From the IMG/VR virus record IMGVR_UViG_2927464213_000002, positions 32,001-96,000 of that record: 64,000 bases of DNA; one strand, given 5' to 3'. Every line of letters starts with the position of its first letter. Position 1 is the first letter of the stretch. Source of the DNA: a virus (Duplodnaviria > Caudoviricetes). The translations under genes were made by a program, and so were the position numbers. Below the pieces are notes generated by a model. It had not been told where the DNA came from. It ran no database searches and saw only the letters and a list, made by a program, of their open reading frames with translations. Positions 18,565-28,489 of the stretch are shown here, in pieces.

Positions 18565-18674
18565 TGACTGGGGGAGGGCTCGAACCTCCGGCACGTCGCA
18601 TGTCCAGCGTCGATGCTGGCAATCCCATCAAAGGGCGCCGCCTCACCGTTCCCGTTTCCTTGGGGAGCCCAGTC
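18565..18674 (-). ncRNA. tRNA-like RNA with branched domain in place of the anticodon arm
   Basis: Minus strand: 7-bp acceptor GACTGGG/CCCAGTC, T-arm GGAGG-TTCGAGC-CCTCC, D-like arm TCCC-CAAGGAAAC-GGGA; 110 nt; no CCA. Confidence 0.6.
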
Positions 18675-18760
18675 GTCGATTTCGTCCGCTAACTCAGTGA
18701 GTTAGGGTCATAATGCGGCCACCTTCTCGTGAGATAAGGAGGCTGTTCTGAGGTGCAGAT

Positions 18761-19000
18761 TCAGCGCCCCGGAAATTCGAGAATAATTCCCGAGAAAATG
18801 GGCCGCGGAACAATAACCGGACGGCCCGGGGTATTTTCGAAGGCCGCCTCCAGCTCCTCGATCGTGCCCATGAGCACGGGGACCGAGGCTCCTCTCTGGG
18901 AGAGGACACAGGCCGCCTCAGCCAGTATTGCCGACTGGACGGGGGTGATGCCGGACCTGCCTGAGTAGGCACGGTACAGCGCATCGAGACGAGCACGCAT
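18761..19000 (-). CDS. Hypothetical protein
   Basis: GGAGGA RBS before MRARL. Confidence 0.5.
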   Translation of the reverse strand: MRARLDALYRAYSGRSGITPVQSAILAEAACVLSQRGASVPVLMGTIEELEAAFENTPGRPVIVPRPIFSGIILEFPGR

Positions 19001-19423
19001 CGGTTCCTCCGGTGATGTGAGACGGGGCGGAAAGCCCTGCGAGACAGGCACTTCCCAGCAAGACGACGAACGAGATCGGGGCCGCCAATCGAGGGCCGCC
19101 GGCGCAACTCAATCCCAAGCCAGTGACACTCAGGCAGGGAGAGATGCAGGGGACAGAGAGGGAGGGAGAGGCACTGTACCTGGCCTCATCGACCTCGCCG
19201 GTCAGACGCAGATTCTCGACTTTCGGATGCAAACGGCCTGCAAACCGCAGAAGTTGGCCGCGTCGACCTTACCCCAAACATAAAAGGGGATTTGCATTTT
19301 CCCGATTTCCAGCCCTATCGGACACTAAATCTAGTGCCGTACATGCCAAAATCGGTACCTCAGTCCGCAAATCAGGGGGTGGAGAGCCCATTTTCAGGGG
19401 TCCACCCACTAGATGTCGAATAT

Positions 19424-19525
19424 TCAGGGGTGCAGCGATCCCATCAGGATGCCAGCGAAGGCGAACGCCATCAGTATCAGGGCGCCGGTTGCGAGATCCA
19501 CGCGGGTGTTGAGCAACTTCATCAT
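19424..19525 (-). CDS. 33-aa membrane peptide
   Basis: MMKLLNTRVDLATGALILMAFAFAGILMGSLHP; GAGGA RBS. Confidence 0.5.
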   Translation of the reverse strand: MMKLLNTRVDLATGALILMAFAFAGILMGSLHP

Positions 19526-19534
19526 GGCGGATCC

Positions 19535-19876
19535 TCAGGCGTACCTGGCGAGGGGCTTCTCGCTCACGGGGTGGTGGACGGTGCCGTCCTTGATGGTCAC
19601 GCGATCGGCGGACCAGACGGTTGCGGGGGCGTTCAGCGAGGCGTGGCGCATGGCGAAGGTGACGTCGCCGAAGGGTTCGCACTCGGACCGGCCTGACCGG
19701 AACGTTTGAACGATGAAGCGGGGCACCTCGGTACGGGGCTTGGCCTGTGTGACCGTGGGGCGGGTCGCGGGTTTTTCCCGAGGGTCAGGAAAAACTCGAG
19801 GAGCGGTCGCGTCCGCTTTCTGGATGGTCGCGGTCACGAGCGAGCGCAGGTATCCGGTCTGACGAGCGGTCAGCAT
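19535..19876 (-). CDS. Hypothetical protein
   Basis: GGAGA RBS; 113 aa. Confidence 0.6.
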   Translation of the reverse strand: MLTARQTGYLRSLVTATIQKADATAPRVFPDPREKPATRPTVTQAKPRTEVPRFIVQTFRSGRSECEPFGDVTFAMRHASLNAPATVWSADRVTIKDGTVHHPVSEKPLARYA

Positions 19877-19911
19877 GGCGTGGTCTCCGGTGGGTATGGG
19901 GTGGAGCGCGT

Positions 19912-20265
19912 TCAGCGCTGAGCGAAGCGAGCCTTGCGACGGGCATAGCCGGGCGTCGGAGGCTGGAAGCGGGGGCCTACGAAGGGCGTGTAACGCAGGT
20001 GGGGCTCCTTGGCCTCGAAGTGCGTCTCAGCCCATGTGCGGCGTGCCAGCTCGATCCTGTGCATGCCGGCGAGTGTGTCCGGGCTGACGTCCGCCTCCGG
20101 GATCATGAGGCGGGTTTCAGCCAGTGTGGTCTTGGCCTCGTCGCCGCTCTTGGGGGTGATCAGCATTTCCCGACCACCCGGAAAATTTGAAGCCAGCCAG
20201 TCCGCGTCAGACAGGGGGCGGGGGGTCGTTTTCGCATTGGCGAATGCACGATTTTTCCGGGGCAT
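19912..20265 (-). CDS. Hypothetical protein
   Basis: GGAG RBS before MPRKN. Confidence 0.55.
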   Translation of the reverse strand: MPRKNRAFANAKTTPRPLSDADWLASNFPGGREMLITPKSGDEAKTTLAETRLMIPEADVSPDTLAGMHRIELARRTWAETHFEAKEPHLRYTPFVGPRFQPPTPGYARRKARFAQR

Positions 20266-20286
20266 GCTCACACTCCGTGGAGGGCA

Positions 20287-20321
20287 CAAAAAAGGCCCCC
20301 GGCGGTGAGGCCGGGAACCTT
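20287..20321 (-). terminator. Intrinsic terminator
   Basis: Minus strand AAGGTTCCCGGC-loop-GCCGGGGGCCTT followed by T-tract. Confidence 0.65.
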
Positions 20322-20349
20322 GCGATTTGCGGGGGCGAGTGGCGGGGGC

Positions 20350-21381
20350 TTAGGCCGCCTTGCGCTTCCGGGACTTCTTTGCGGGGGCTTCCGCCGTGGT
20401 CTCTTCCGCCTTGCCCTCTTCCGCCGGGGCTTCCGGAGCGGGCCGGGGCAGGAGCAGAATGACGTTTTCCGCAGTGGGGGCTTCCGCCGAAACCGACGCG
20501 CCGACCTTGGCGTTAATGTGCGCCTGAAGCGTCATTAGTGCATCGATCGAAAGCGTATCAACCGCCGCCATGATGGCCGCCAGTTTCTCGCTTTCGGTCA
20601 ACGGGGCGGGGGCTTCCGCTTCCGCCGACTCGGGGGCAGTGGCTTCCGCCTTGGCTTCCGCCTTGTCGTCGCCGCCCTTGTCCGCCTTGTCCGCCTTGGC
20701 CATGTCGTGCCATTCGGCCAAGCGGGATTGCATGATACCCCACTGCCCGGAAAGCAATTCGCCAACCTTGGCGTTCCACATGGTTTCGGCCGACTCGACC
20801 GACGCGGCGCGGGCACATTCCAGAATGACCGGCGCGTGGTTCAGGCGCATGAAAGAGGCAAGGCGCGTTCCGTAGGTCCGGAGCGTTTGCAGGGAGTCGA
20901 TAAGCTTGACGTTGACCGGCTTACCGTTGCTGCCAGTGGCGCCGGTATGCTTCAGTTTCACGTATTCCGACGCCAGCTTGTTCCGCTCGCTTTCGGCCGC
21001 CTTGAGTGCATCGCCCGAAAGCCGGTCAAAGCTTGCGGTAGCGGACATGATCGCCGCCGCATGGGACTCGGTGCCGCGCCAAATCATCTTGCCAGCCTTG
21101 GCGACCGGAACCAAAATGTCGCGGGTGAAAATCCACGCGTCTTTCTGCGGATCATAGTTGTTATCCGTCAGAACGGCGCGGATTTGCTCGCCGCAAAGGT
21201 TCAGCGCCAGCATGGTGACGGCGTTGTAGGTCGACGACTCGGCCGCGCCAAGCGACTTAATCGCAAGGTCCGCCGCACGAGTCTGGATCGTATCGGCATA
21301 CTTTTCCGTTGCGGACTGCAACACGTTGGTTTCTGCCATCTCTTGCGCGGTAGCGGCGCGGGTATCGGTAGCGGTAGCCAT
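20350..21381 (-). CDS. Ala-rich helical protein, first gene of the left arm
   Basis: 343-aa ORF, AAAGG RBS, own terminator, basic tail KKSRKRKAA. Confidence 0.75.
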   Translation of the reverse strand: MATATDTRAATAQEMAETNVLQSATEKYADTIQTRAADLAIKSLGAAESSTYNAVTMLALNLCGEQIRAVLTDNNYDPQKDAWIFTRDILVPVAKAGKMIWRGTESHAAAIMSATASFDRLSGDALKAAESERNKLASEYVKLKHTGATGSNGKPVNVKLIDSLQTLRTYGTRLASFMRLNHAPVILECARAASVESAETMWNAKVGELLSGQWGIMQSRLAEWHDMAKADKADKGGDDKAEAKAEATAPESAEAEAPAPLTESEKLAAIMAAVDTLSIDALMTLQAHINAKVGASVSAEAPTAENVILLLPRPAPEAPAEEGKAEETTAEAPAKKSRKRKAA

Positions 21382-21677
21382 TTTCGTTTCGCCTTTCTCG
21401 TTTCGCCCCCGTCTTTTCCAGACCATCCGGAAAAATCCGAGGTTTTGGCATGGCTCTCCCGTTCTCTGCGAAGGTCATTCGCGAGGTGGAAAAACGCGCG
21501 GGAAAGCCCGCTTGCCTCTCCCGCTATATGCGGGCACAAAATCACCATACGAAACGAGACTTGAGTTTAGAAGCACGAAAAAACAGTAGTAAAATCAATT
21601 GTTTGCAAGGAAAAAATCGGGGTTTTGTATTCCCTCGAAACAAAATCGAGCAAAGAAAATGTAAGCAAATCAATTCG

Positions 21678-21693
21678 TTAGCATGTATGCAAA
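21678..21693. promoter_or_regulatory. Palindromic operator copy in AT-rich control region
   Basis: TTAGCATGTATGCAAA fits consensus TTTGCAT-N2-ATGCAAA. Confidence 0.55.
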
Positions 21694-22367
21694 CGATGAT
21701 TCCAATTCAGAAAAATGATAGATCTAGACAATGGAAAGATTGAGATCGAAACGAGAACAAACATTCAACTATGGTATGATTGACAAGGGTTTCCCAGCAC
21801 TCGAATCGATACCCCTACCAAAGTCTAATTTTTTATTGGACATGGGACTGGGTTGGCCAATACCCATCAACTTCGCACCGCTAAAAGGCCATTTCCCCCA
21901 ATCGACTGGGCGATGATATGAAACTTGGGCCTGAGCTTTGAAATCCAGGGCCGTGGGAGGCTCTGCGGCCCGCCTATGTAGGTTCCGAGGGGTGAAACGG
22001 GCGGCCCTTCCTGGGCCTTCCCTGGGTTTTGGGGGGCGTTTACATTACCACAAATCCGAGGCCGCGAAAAGCGGTATGCCCTTCCAAAAGACCCCCCTGT
22101 TTTGGGGCCCCACGGCCACCGCCGCACTGGCAAAAGGGGATTTGTCCCGTGTCCTGGGACGTGGGACAGCCGACCTGAATTGCCGCATGGGTAGCGAGGG
22201 CTTCGCCCTGGAATAACAGACCAGTCACCGCCGCGGCCGGCGCGCGGCAGCGAGACCTCGGGCTGGGGGCCATGGGGTGAGATCTCGCCGTCGTGGGGTG
22301 GTTGGGGTTCTCAGCCTTGGAGGAGCTGAGGTCTTCATCGAACGCTCATTCAGGCCGCTCGTCAATG

Positions 22368-22627
22368 GTAAGCGCGAATTTCTCCGCACCTTTTGCTTTT
22401 GAGTGCCCTGATGCATGAGGTGTCCACCAAAATAGGTGGACACCTTGTGATGAGCGACGATGATCAGAAACTGCGGGTCAGGCTTGTCGGCCGGAACGGT
22501 CGCCGGCGCTACGAGGCGGCCTCGAAAGAGCGTCTTGTCGCGGCCTGCCTTGAGCCTGGGGTTTCGGTATCGAGGCTTGCACTCGAACATGGGGTCAACG
22601 CGAACCTCCTTCGGAAGTGGATCAAGA
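22368..22627 (+). mobile_element. tnpA: Truncated IS66-family element (left end plus 5' part of tnpA)
   Basis: Starts GTAAGCG; MSDDDQKLRVRLVGRNGRRRY..PGVSVSRLALEHGVNANLLRKW; flanked by 8-bp repeat CGTCAATG (22360, 22628). Confidence 0.85.
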
Positions 22628-22894
22628 CGTCAATGAGCATGGGGTCATTCTTGAGCCGCGGCCTACGGGTGGGAATGACCACGACGATCGCCACGCTGAT
22701 CGACCACGACAAAGCGGCGGCCTATTACACGTGAAGATGCTCTTCACGATCCGTTGGCTTGAGCGGCCCCCCTTCGTGCGGTGGGCTCTCCTCACCTGGG
22801 CCACGAAGCCTGGGCGCGGCGGACCGCGGCCGGCGAGCACTTCGCGCTACCGAAATCTCGGCTGGCTGCCGAACAGATGGACGACATTGCCAAC

Positions 22895-23015
22895 GCGCAT
22901 CGGCGCGGCTGGCCGACTTCATGGCTGCGGATCTGTCCGCGCTCGACCTTCTGGTGGTCGAAATCGACGGGGTGCATCCCGGCGACGATCTTGTGGTGGT
23001 GGCCGCGACCGGGTT
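22895..23015 (+). pseudogene. IS256-family transposase fragment
   Basis: SARLADFMAADLSALDLLVVEIDGVHPGDDLVVVAATG. Confidence 0.7.
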
Positions 23016-23215
23016 AGGGCCGCGTCTAACCGACCACTTCCAAAGCCATAATCACTGTACTGCTAGAACTAGTAGGTTCGCTGTTCTCAGTTCCCAGCTA
23101 AGCAAGTAGAGCCGTTTTGGAAGAAACCTGTCCTGAACATAAGGCCAGAAGGACCTGAAAAGTGCAATTGACGGTGCTAAGCAAGTCAGGAACTCGCAGA
23201 AAATGGAGAACAAGC

Positions 23216-23824
23216 ATGGCAAACTTACGCCAGGACGACAAGTCTACACCAGGAGCAGATGATGCAGCTCGCCGTGCCGGCGAGCGGGCTGCCGAGCAGA
23301 CTAGCCGTACCGGACAAGCTGCAGCTGATCAGACCGCGCATGTTGGACAAGGTGCCGCTCAAGCCGGAGAAGAAACGGCCCGATCAACTTCCGACTTTCT
23401 TAAGCAGAACCTCGAGACGGTGCAGAACGCATGGCGGATCGGCCTGGAAGCGACGACCTTAGCCGTGGGACGCTCTACCGAGCAACTTGGACGCACGCTC
23501 GGCGTCTCAGGAGAAGGGGTGCAACAGGCAAAAAAGGCAACGGAACGGTCGGCGCGCAATGCGCAAAAGATCCTTTCCACCAGTAATGCTGCTGCCAAAG
23601 TGATGAATGGAATTTCTGAAGAGTACAGCCAGATGGTTCGGCATCAAGTCGGGAAGAACATGGACTACATCAGCGAGCTGTGGACCTCGCGGACCCCTCA
23701 GGAATTTGTAGCCGCACAAAGTGATATTGTGCGGGAGTCTGTGGAAATTGCTCTGGAGGGTAGTCGTCGGATCGCCGACCTGTCGCTCAAAGTGGCCGAG
23801 GAAACCGGAAAGCAGATCAAGTGA
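23216..23824 (+). CDS. Phasin-family protein
   Basis: Ala-rich helical ORF with C-terminal LWTSRTPQEFVAAQSDIVRE phasin motif; GGAGA RBS. Confidence 0.75.
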   Translation: MANLRQDDKSTPGADDAARRAGERAAEQTSRTGQAAADQTAHVGQGAAQAGEETARSTSDFLKQNLETVQNAWRIGLEATTLAVGRSTEQLGRTLGVSGEGVQQAKKATERSARNAQKILSTSNAAAKVMNGISEEYSQMVRHQVGKNMDYISELWTSRTPQEFVAAQSDIVRESVEIALEGSRRIADLSLKVAEETGKQIK

Positions 23825-24015
23825 AGTATGGAAGGAGTCCGATTGCCCCATGGGAGCGTTCTTCGTTGTAGTCGCCGCGCTTCCCCAGACAGCGCTCGTC
23901 GGATGGCTGCGCCGGGCTGTGTTGCTGGGCTGCGGCCTGATTCCGGTCCTTCGTGCCCGAGGCCCAGGCCGTCGGCGTGAGCCGCTCCAGCCTGAGCTAT
24001 CCGCCCACGGCGACA

Positions 24016-27000
24016 TCAACCCCTGAGTCGGTTCTGCAGCGCCTGCCGATTGGCAACGACGTTGCTAAGGTTCAGCTGGTCTGGCTCCCATCCTTGCGCC
24101 AATTGCCTAACCAGCTCCCGCGTGCCGTCCACGACAAAGACGCCGCAATCATAAGTGTTCTGCTGCTGGGCCATGTCGGCTAGCTCCAGGGGGAGGTTCA
24201 GCCTTCTTGCGAGATGTGCTGCATCTCTGTTGTTGAGTCCGCCGTAGGAATCGTAGTGATAGGCGACCGGCCGCCACCGGTCGCTGCGATCTACGAACAG
24301 CAGCGACCAATGGTTGCCGCGGCTATTAGGATCTTCAGGATTGCCATTAATCACGGGCAGGAACAGGAAGTCGGCTGTATCATTACCATTATCGTCATAG
24401 ACGATGCGCTGGAACTCGGTTAGCACGACGCCATCGTCGTTAGAGCGCAGATAATTTAGGGCGATGAGGGGATTCACGAACCGCGTCCGGGCGGCGAGAT
24501 CCGGATCGTTCCTCTGCAAATCCTGCTCCTGGAGCCCGTAATCCCTGTCGATATGCTGGTCGCCCAGCCATTCTGTGTCATCGAGCACCAGCCCGTGGCC
24601 GTGAGACGAGACTGTCGGATCTAAAGCCCCGATCTGAGCATTAGCGGAGGTGCTCGGAAACGGGCGTACAGAATTAGCATCGTCACGTGATTCGGACGGC
24701 GTGGGCGCAGTCAGATCGACCAATGGAAAACCGCGGTAGGCGTCTGAGCGAGCCCTGGCAAAAGGCGCCGCCGCAAAGTGAGCATCGTCGCGCAACTCGG
24801 ACGGCGTGGGCGCATCCAGATGCACCAATGACTCAAGACCGCCGTAGGTGTCTGAGCGAGCCCTGGCAGCGGGCGCCGGCGCAAAGTGAGCATCGTCGCG
24901 TAATTCGGACGGCGTGGGCGCATCCAGATGCACCAATGACTCAAGACCGCCGTAGGTGTCTGAGCGAGCCCTGGCAGCGGGCGCCGGCGCAAAGTGAGCA
25001 TCGTCGCGCAATTCGGACGGCGTGGGCGCATCCAGATGCACCAATGACTCAAGACCGCCGTAGGTGCCTGAGCGAGCCCTGGCAGCGGGCGCCGCCGCAA
25101 AGTGAGCATCGTCGCGCAACTCGGACGGCGTGGGCGCATCCAGATGCACCAATGACTCAAGACCGCCGTAGGTGCCTGAGCGAGCCCTGGCAGCCGGCGC
25201 CGGCGCTGCTTCCAGCGTCGGCCACATACTCCAATCAAAGTCGAGCGGCATCTGCGGCGACCAGGTTGAGGCGGACCACGCAGGTTGCTGCCGTCCAGCT
25301 TGGACTATGTCCTGCGCCTGCCCAGGGGGAACCTCGGGCCACGATGGGCCGTCTTTCCCCATCAAACGCAGATCCCGATCGTAACCTTCCGGGAGGACCA
25401 ATGGCCGACTGACAGCTCCCTGCGGCGCGCTGTGCTGCGCGGCGGCGCCCGCGACGTACGTCGCGGCCGCATGCGGCGCCGTTGCATCTTCGTGCCCGCT
25501 CGCCTGCATCATCGGCTGCGCATGCCATGGCGATGCACCCTGTTGATGGGTGGGGGCCGGGGTCGCGGCGATCTCGCTCAGCAGCCGCTCAATAGCAAGG
25601 CCTTGCGGATTGTCTAGGGTCCTCGGCCTCTTCGCTGGCCTTAACTCAGCTGCATCCTGTTCATCGTTGATGAGGATCTCCTCGCTTGGCGGGAGGTTGC
25701 TCCTGGCAAGTGCAGCCATCGGCTCTTCCGAGAACTGCTGGCCGTCCCGGCGCCAGTTCAGGGGACGAATGGAATCTCCGGGATCCGATGCCTGGTCGTG
25801 CCGCGCGACTGGCTCGAGAGATGACGACGGGCCGGGTTCGTCCATCAGCCCCAAAACCAAATCCTGCTCGTGGCGTTCCGCAGGAAGCAGTTTCTCTGGC
25901 CAACTGCCAACTTCCTGCGAGCTGTGCTGCGCTGCGGCGTCGCCGGCCCGCCTCGGCTCCATCAGTGCCGCGCCTTCGGGATCAGGACCGGGGGAAATAT
26001 AGCGCTCGCGCTCCATCGCTTTAGCGCCCGCCTGTGATTTTCGGAGTTGACCTAATGCGGCATCGATCGTCCGGATGCCACCGAAGTCCTTTTTATAGGC
26101 CTCGACATCTTCATCCAACGCCCCGCCGGAAAGCCGAGTAGCAATGCCCTTCTTGTTATTTTCACGCAGGTGGTGACCGAAACTGCGAAGAGCAGTCGCA
26201 TACACACCGCCGGTACTTGTCGCTGCTTCGTTTTGGTACTCTATGATGAGAGCCGCGTCCTGGAGGTAAGGATTTAGCTCAGTGGTGGCTGTGACCGTCA
26301 CTCCGCCCGTCGACTGAAAGGTCCGGAGAAGACCTATTGACCTAATAAGGAGGCGACTGCCCTTACCCTTTTCGATGAACTCACGCGCATCATCGGTCAG
26401 CGACTCTTTTTCGAGCCGATCAACAATGCTCGTTTTGTTATTTGCCAAGAGCCAGCGGCCAAAGGCGCGAAGCGGGCCTACAAGGTCTTTGGCGGTGCGT
26501 TCGGCGGCGTTGCCACTGCGGAGGGCCTCCTCAAGCCCCGAAATAAGGGGAGCATCCTCGGAATAAAGAGGCTTCCTCCGCCCTCTCAAAATCCCAGTTG
26601 ACTGAGCCGGCTGCGGCGCCGACGACGACGGGCCGGGTTCGTCCATCCGGCCCAAATCCTGATCGTGGCCTTCCGCAGGAAGAAATTCCTCTGGCCAACT
26701 GCCAGCTTGCTGCGACGCACTGTGCTGCGCAGCGGCGTCGCCGACCTGCATCGACTCCATCAGGGCCGCGTCTTTGGGATCAATATGCCGCTCGAGCTCC
26801 ATCGCGTTAGCGCCGGCCTGCGATTTTCGGAGTTGAGCCAGAGCGGCACCGATCCTCGAATCAGCACCGGCGCCCTTCTTATAGCTATTGATATCTTCAT
26901 CCAACGCCCCGCCGGAAAGCCGAGTAGCAATGCCCTTCTTGTTATTTTCACGCAGGTAGTGACCGAAACTGCGAAGAGCAGTTGCATACATCCGGCCGGT

Positions 27001-28002
27001 ACTTGTCGCTGTTTCTTTTTTGTACTCGTTGATGAGATCCGCGTCCTGAGGGTGAGGATTTAGCTCAGTGCGGGCTGTGACCGTCACTCCGCCCGTCGAC
27101 TGGAAGGTCCGGAGATGGTTCAATTCCTCTGACCAACTGCCAGCTTGCTGCGACGCACTGTGCTGCGCAGCGGCGTCGCCGACCTGCATCGACTCCATCA
27201 GGGCCGCGTCTTTGGGATCAAAATGGCGCTCGGGCTCCATCGCCTTAGCGCCGGCCTGCGATTTTCGGAGTTGAGCCAGAGCGGCACCGATCCTCGAATC
27301 AGCACCGGCGCCCTTCTTATAGCTATTGACATCTTCATCCAACGCCCCGCCGGAAAGCCGAGTAGCAATGCCCTTCTTGTTGTTTTCACGCAGGTAGTGA
27401 CCGAAACTGCGAAGAGCAGTTGCATACATCCTGCCGGTACTTGTCGCTGTTTCTTTTTTGTACTCGTTGATGAGATCCGCGTCCTGAGGGTGAGGATTTA
27501 GCTCAGTGCGGGCTGTGACCGTCACTCCGCCCGTCGACTGGAAGGTCCGGAGATGGTTCAATGCCGCAAGGATATTCGAGGGACGCCTCTTTTCGAACTC
27601 GCGTGCATCATGGGTCAGCGACGGGTCGTTGAGCCGAGCAACAATGCTCGTTTTGTTATTTGCGAAGAGCCAGCCGCCAAAGCTGCGAAGTGAAGTTAGA
27701 TAGTCCCCAGCGTTGCGGTGGGTGGGGTTGCCGATAAGGGCCTTCTCAAGCCCCGAAATAAGGCGAGCGTCCTCGGAATAAAGGAGATGCTTGCCCTGCC
27801 GTCCTATCAAAACCCAAGTTGACTGAGCCGACTGCAGCGCCGAGGCGGCCGGCATTGCTCCACCACCTCCATCTGAGTTGGCGATCTCGCTCAATTGCCG
27901 CTCAAAGGTCGCCGCGGCTGCGGACGGAGCCGCGGGTGAGCTCTCTTGCGGGCCCGTGCTGTCCGATTGTTCATGCACCGACTTGGTCGAGGGGAAATCC
28001 AT
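24016..28002 (-). CDS. bel2-5: Type III effector, ULP1/C48 SUMO protease (Bel2-5/NopD family)
   Basis: C-terminal WLGDQHI..FLPV..HWSLL..YDS..QQNTYDCGVFV triad; internal repeats; NLS-like RPAKRPR; EAR-like LVLGL; upstream tts box; the 1328-aa length fits my recollection of B. elkanii Bel2-5 (unverified). Confidence 0.85.
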   Translation of the reverse strand: MDFPSTKSVHEQSDSTGPQESSPAAPSAAAATFERQLSEIANSDGGGGAMPAASALQSAQSTWVLIGRQGKHLLYSEDARLISGLEKALIGNPTHRNAGDYLTSLRSFGGWLFANNKTSIVARLNDPSLTHDAREFEKRRPSNILAALNHLRTFQSTGGVTVTARTELNPHPQDADLINEYKKETATSTGRMYATALRSFGHYLRENNKKGIATRLSGGALDEDVNSYKKGAGADSRIGAALAQLRKSQAGAKAMEPERHFDPKDAALMESMQVGDAAAQHSASQQAGSWSEELNHLRTFQSTGGVTVTARTELNPHPQDADLINEYKKETATSTGRMYATALRSFGHYLRENNKKGIATRLSGGALDEDINSYKKGAGADSRIGAALAQLRKSQAGANAMELERHIDPKDAALMESMQVGDAAAQHSASQQAGSWPEEFLPAEGHDQDLGRMDEPGPSSSAPQPAQSTGILRGRRKPLYSEDAPLISGLEEALRSGNAAERTAKDLVGPLRAFGRWLLANNKTSIVDRLEKESLTDDAREFIEKGKGSRLLIRSIGLLRTFQSTGGVTVTATTELNPYLQDAALIIEYQNEAATSTGGVYATALRSFGHHLRENNKKGIATRLSGGALDEDVEAYKKDFGGIRTIDAALGQLRKSQAGAKAMERERYISPGPDPEGAALMEPRRAGDAAAQHSSQEVGSWPEKLLPAERHEQDLVLGLMDEPGPSSSLEPVARHDQASDPGDSIRPLNWRRDGQQFSEEPMAALARSNLPPSEEILINDEQDAAELRPAKRPRTLDNPQGLAIERLLSEIAATPAPTHQQGASPWHAQPMMQASGHEDATAPHAAATYVAGAAAQHSAPQGAVSRPLVLPEGYDRDLRLMGKDGPSWPEVPPGQAQDIVQAGRQQPAWSASTWSPQMPLDFDWSMWPTLEAAPAPAARARSGTYGGLESLVHLDAPTPSELRDDAHFAAAPAARARSGTYGGLESLVHLDAPTPSELRDDAHFAPAPAARARSDTYGGLESLVHLDAPTPSELRDDAHFAPAPAARARSDTYGGLESLVHLDAPTPSELRDDAHFAAAPFARARSDAYRGFPLVDLTAPTPSESRDDANSVRPFPSTSANAQIGALDPTVSSHGHGLVLDDTEWLGDQHIDRDYGLQEQDLQRNDPDLAARTRFVNPLIALNYLRSNDDGVVLTEFQRIVYDDNGNDTADFLFLPVINGNPEDPNSRGNHWSLLFVDRSDRWRPVAYHYDSYGGLNNRDAAHLARRLNLPLELADMAQQQNTYDCGVFVVDGTRELVRQLAQGWEPDQLNLSNVVANRQALQNRLRG
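24730..25200 (-). repeat. 108-bp (36-aa) tandem repeat, ~4.5 copies, within the effector
   Basis: ARARS(G/D)TYGGLESLVHLDAPTPSELRDDAHFA repeated. Confidence 0.92.
26690..27562 (-). repeat. 438-bp (146-aa) near-identical tandem duplication within the effector; diverged third copy near 26010-26330
   Basis: LRTFQSTGGVTVTARTELNPHPQDADLINEYKKE...ASQQAGSW occurs twice. Confidence 0.92.
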
Positions 28003-28150
28003 CCGTTCTCACCTTCAAAATATGAACATGGGCTTCGATCTGACATGCTGGGAATCAGCAACAAACCACCCTTTACGGCCCTCGACAGGCGCGCACCGTG
28101 AGCATCGGCAGCCGATGTTTTTGCAAGGCGACCAGCCCTGTATGTTTTGT

Positions 28151-28180
28151 TAAATGGGGAAGCTGTCGAGAACCTGATGA
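28151..28180 (-). promoter_or_regulatory. tts box (TtsI-dependent promoter)
   Basis: TCATCAGGTTCTCGACAGCTTCCCCATTTA matches tcGTCAGcttntcGaaAGct-N8-TA, ~150 bp upstream of the effector. Confidence 0.85.
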
Positions 28181-28436
28181 CGACAATTGCCGCGCCAAGA
28201 CAGCATGGTGCATGTGCCTGCGCGCTTCGCCGTCAACAGCCGAGAGACCGAAGATACCGAAGATTCAGAGACAAAATACTGCTTCTCATCGGTGAGGCGT
28301 ACGGCCAGCTTTCGCGGCTCCAGCCAACATCTTGACAGGATGCGCTGAACGCGCGAGGCAAAAATCGAAACGCAACCACTTTTGGTGCCTTACAATTCAG
28401 TATTGATCTTAAGACGCCTATTGCTGAATCGGCTTG

Positions 28437-28489
28437 CAAATTTTGGACGCCGATCCCCCGGCTTAGGGGGGCAGAATTGCAGAATGACA
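28437..28489 (+). mobile_element. IS21-family terminal remnant
   Basis: CAAATTTTGGACGCCGATCCCCCGGCTTAGGGGGGCAGAATTGCAGAATGACA: repeated end motif finishing in TGACA. Confidence 0.6.

Noticed and set aside
21750-21770. Alphaproteobacterial LexA box
   Set aside because: GAAC-N7-CAAC is only a partial match in an A-rich region
24730-25200. CRISPR or non-coding repeat array
   Set aside because: In-frame 108-bp coding repeats of the effector
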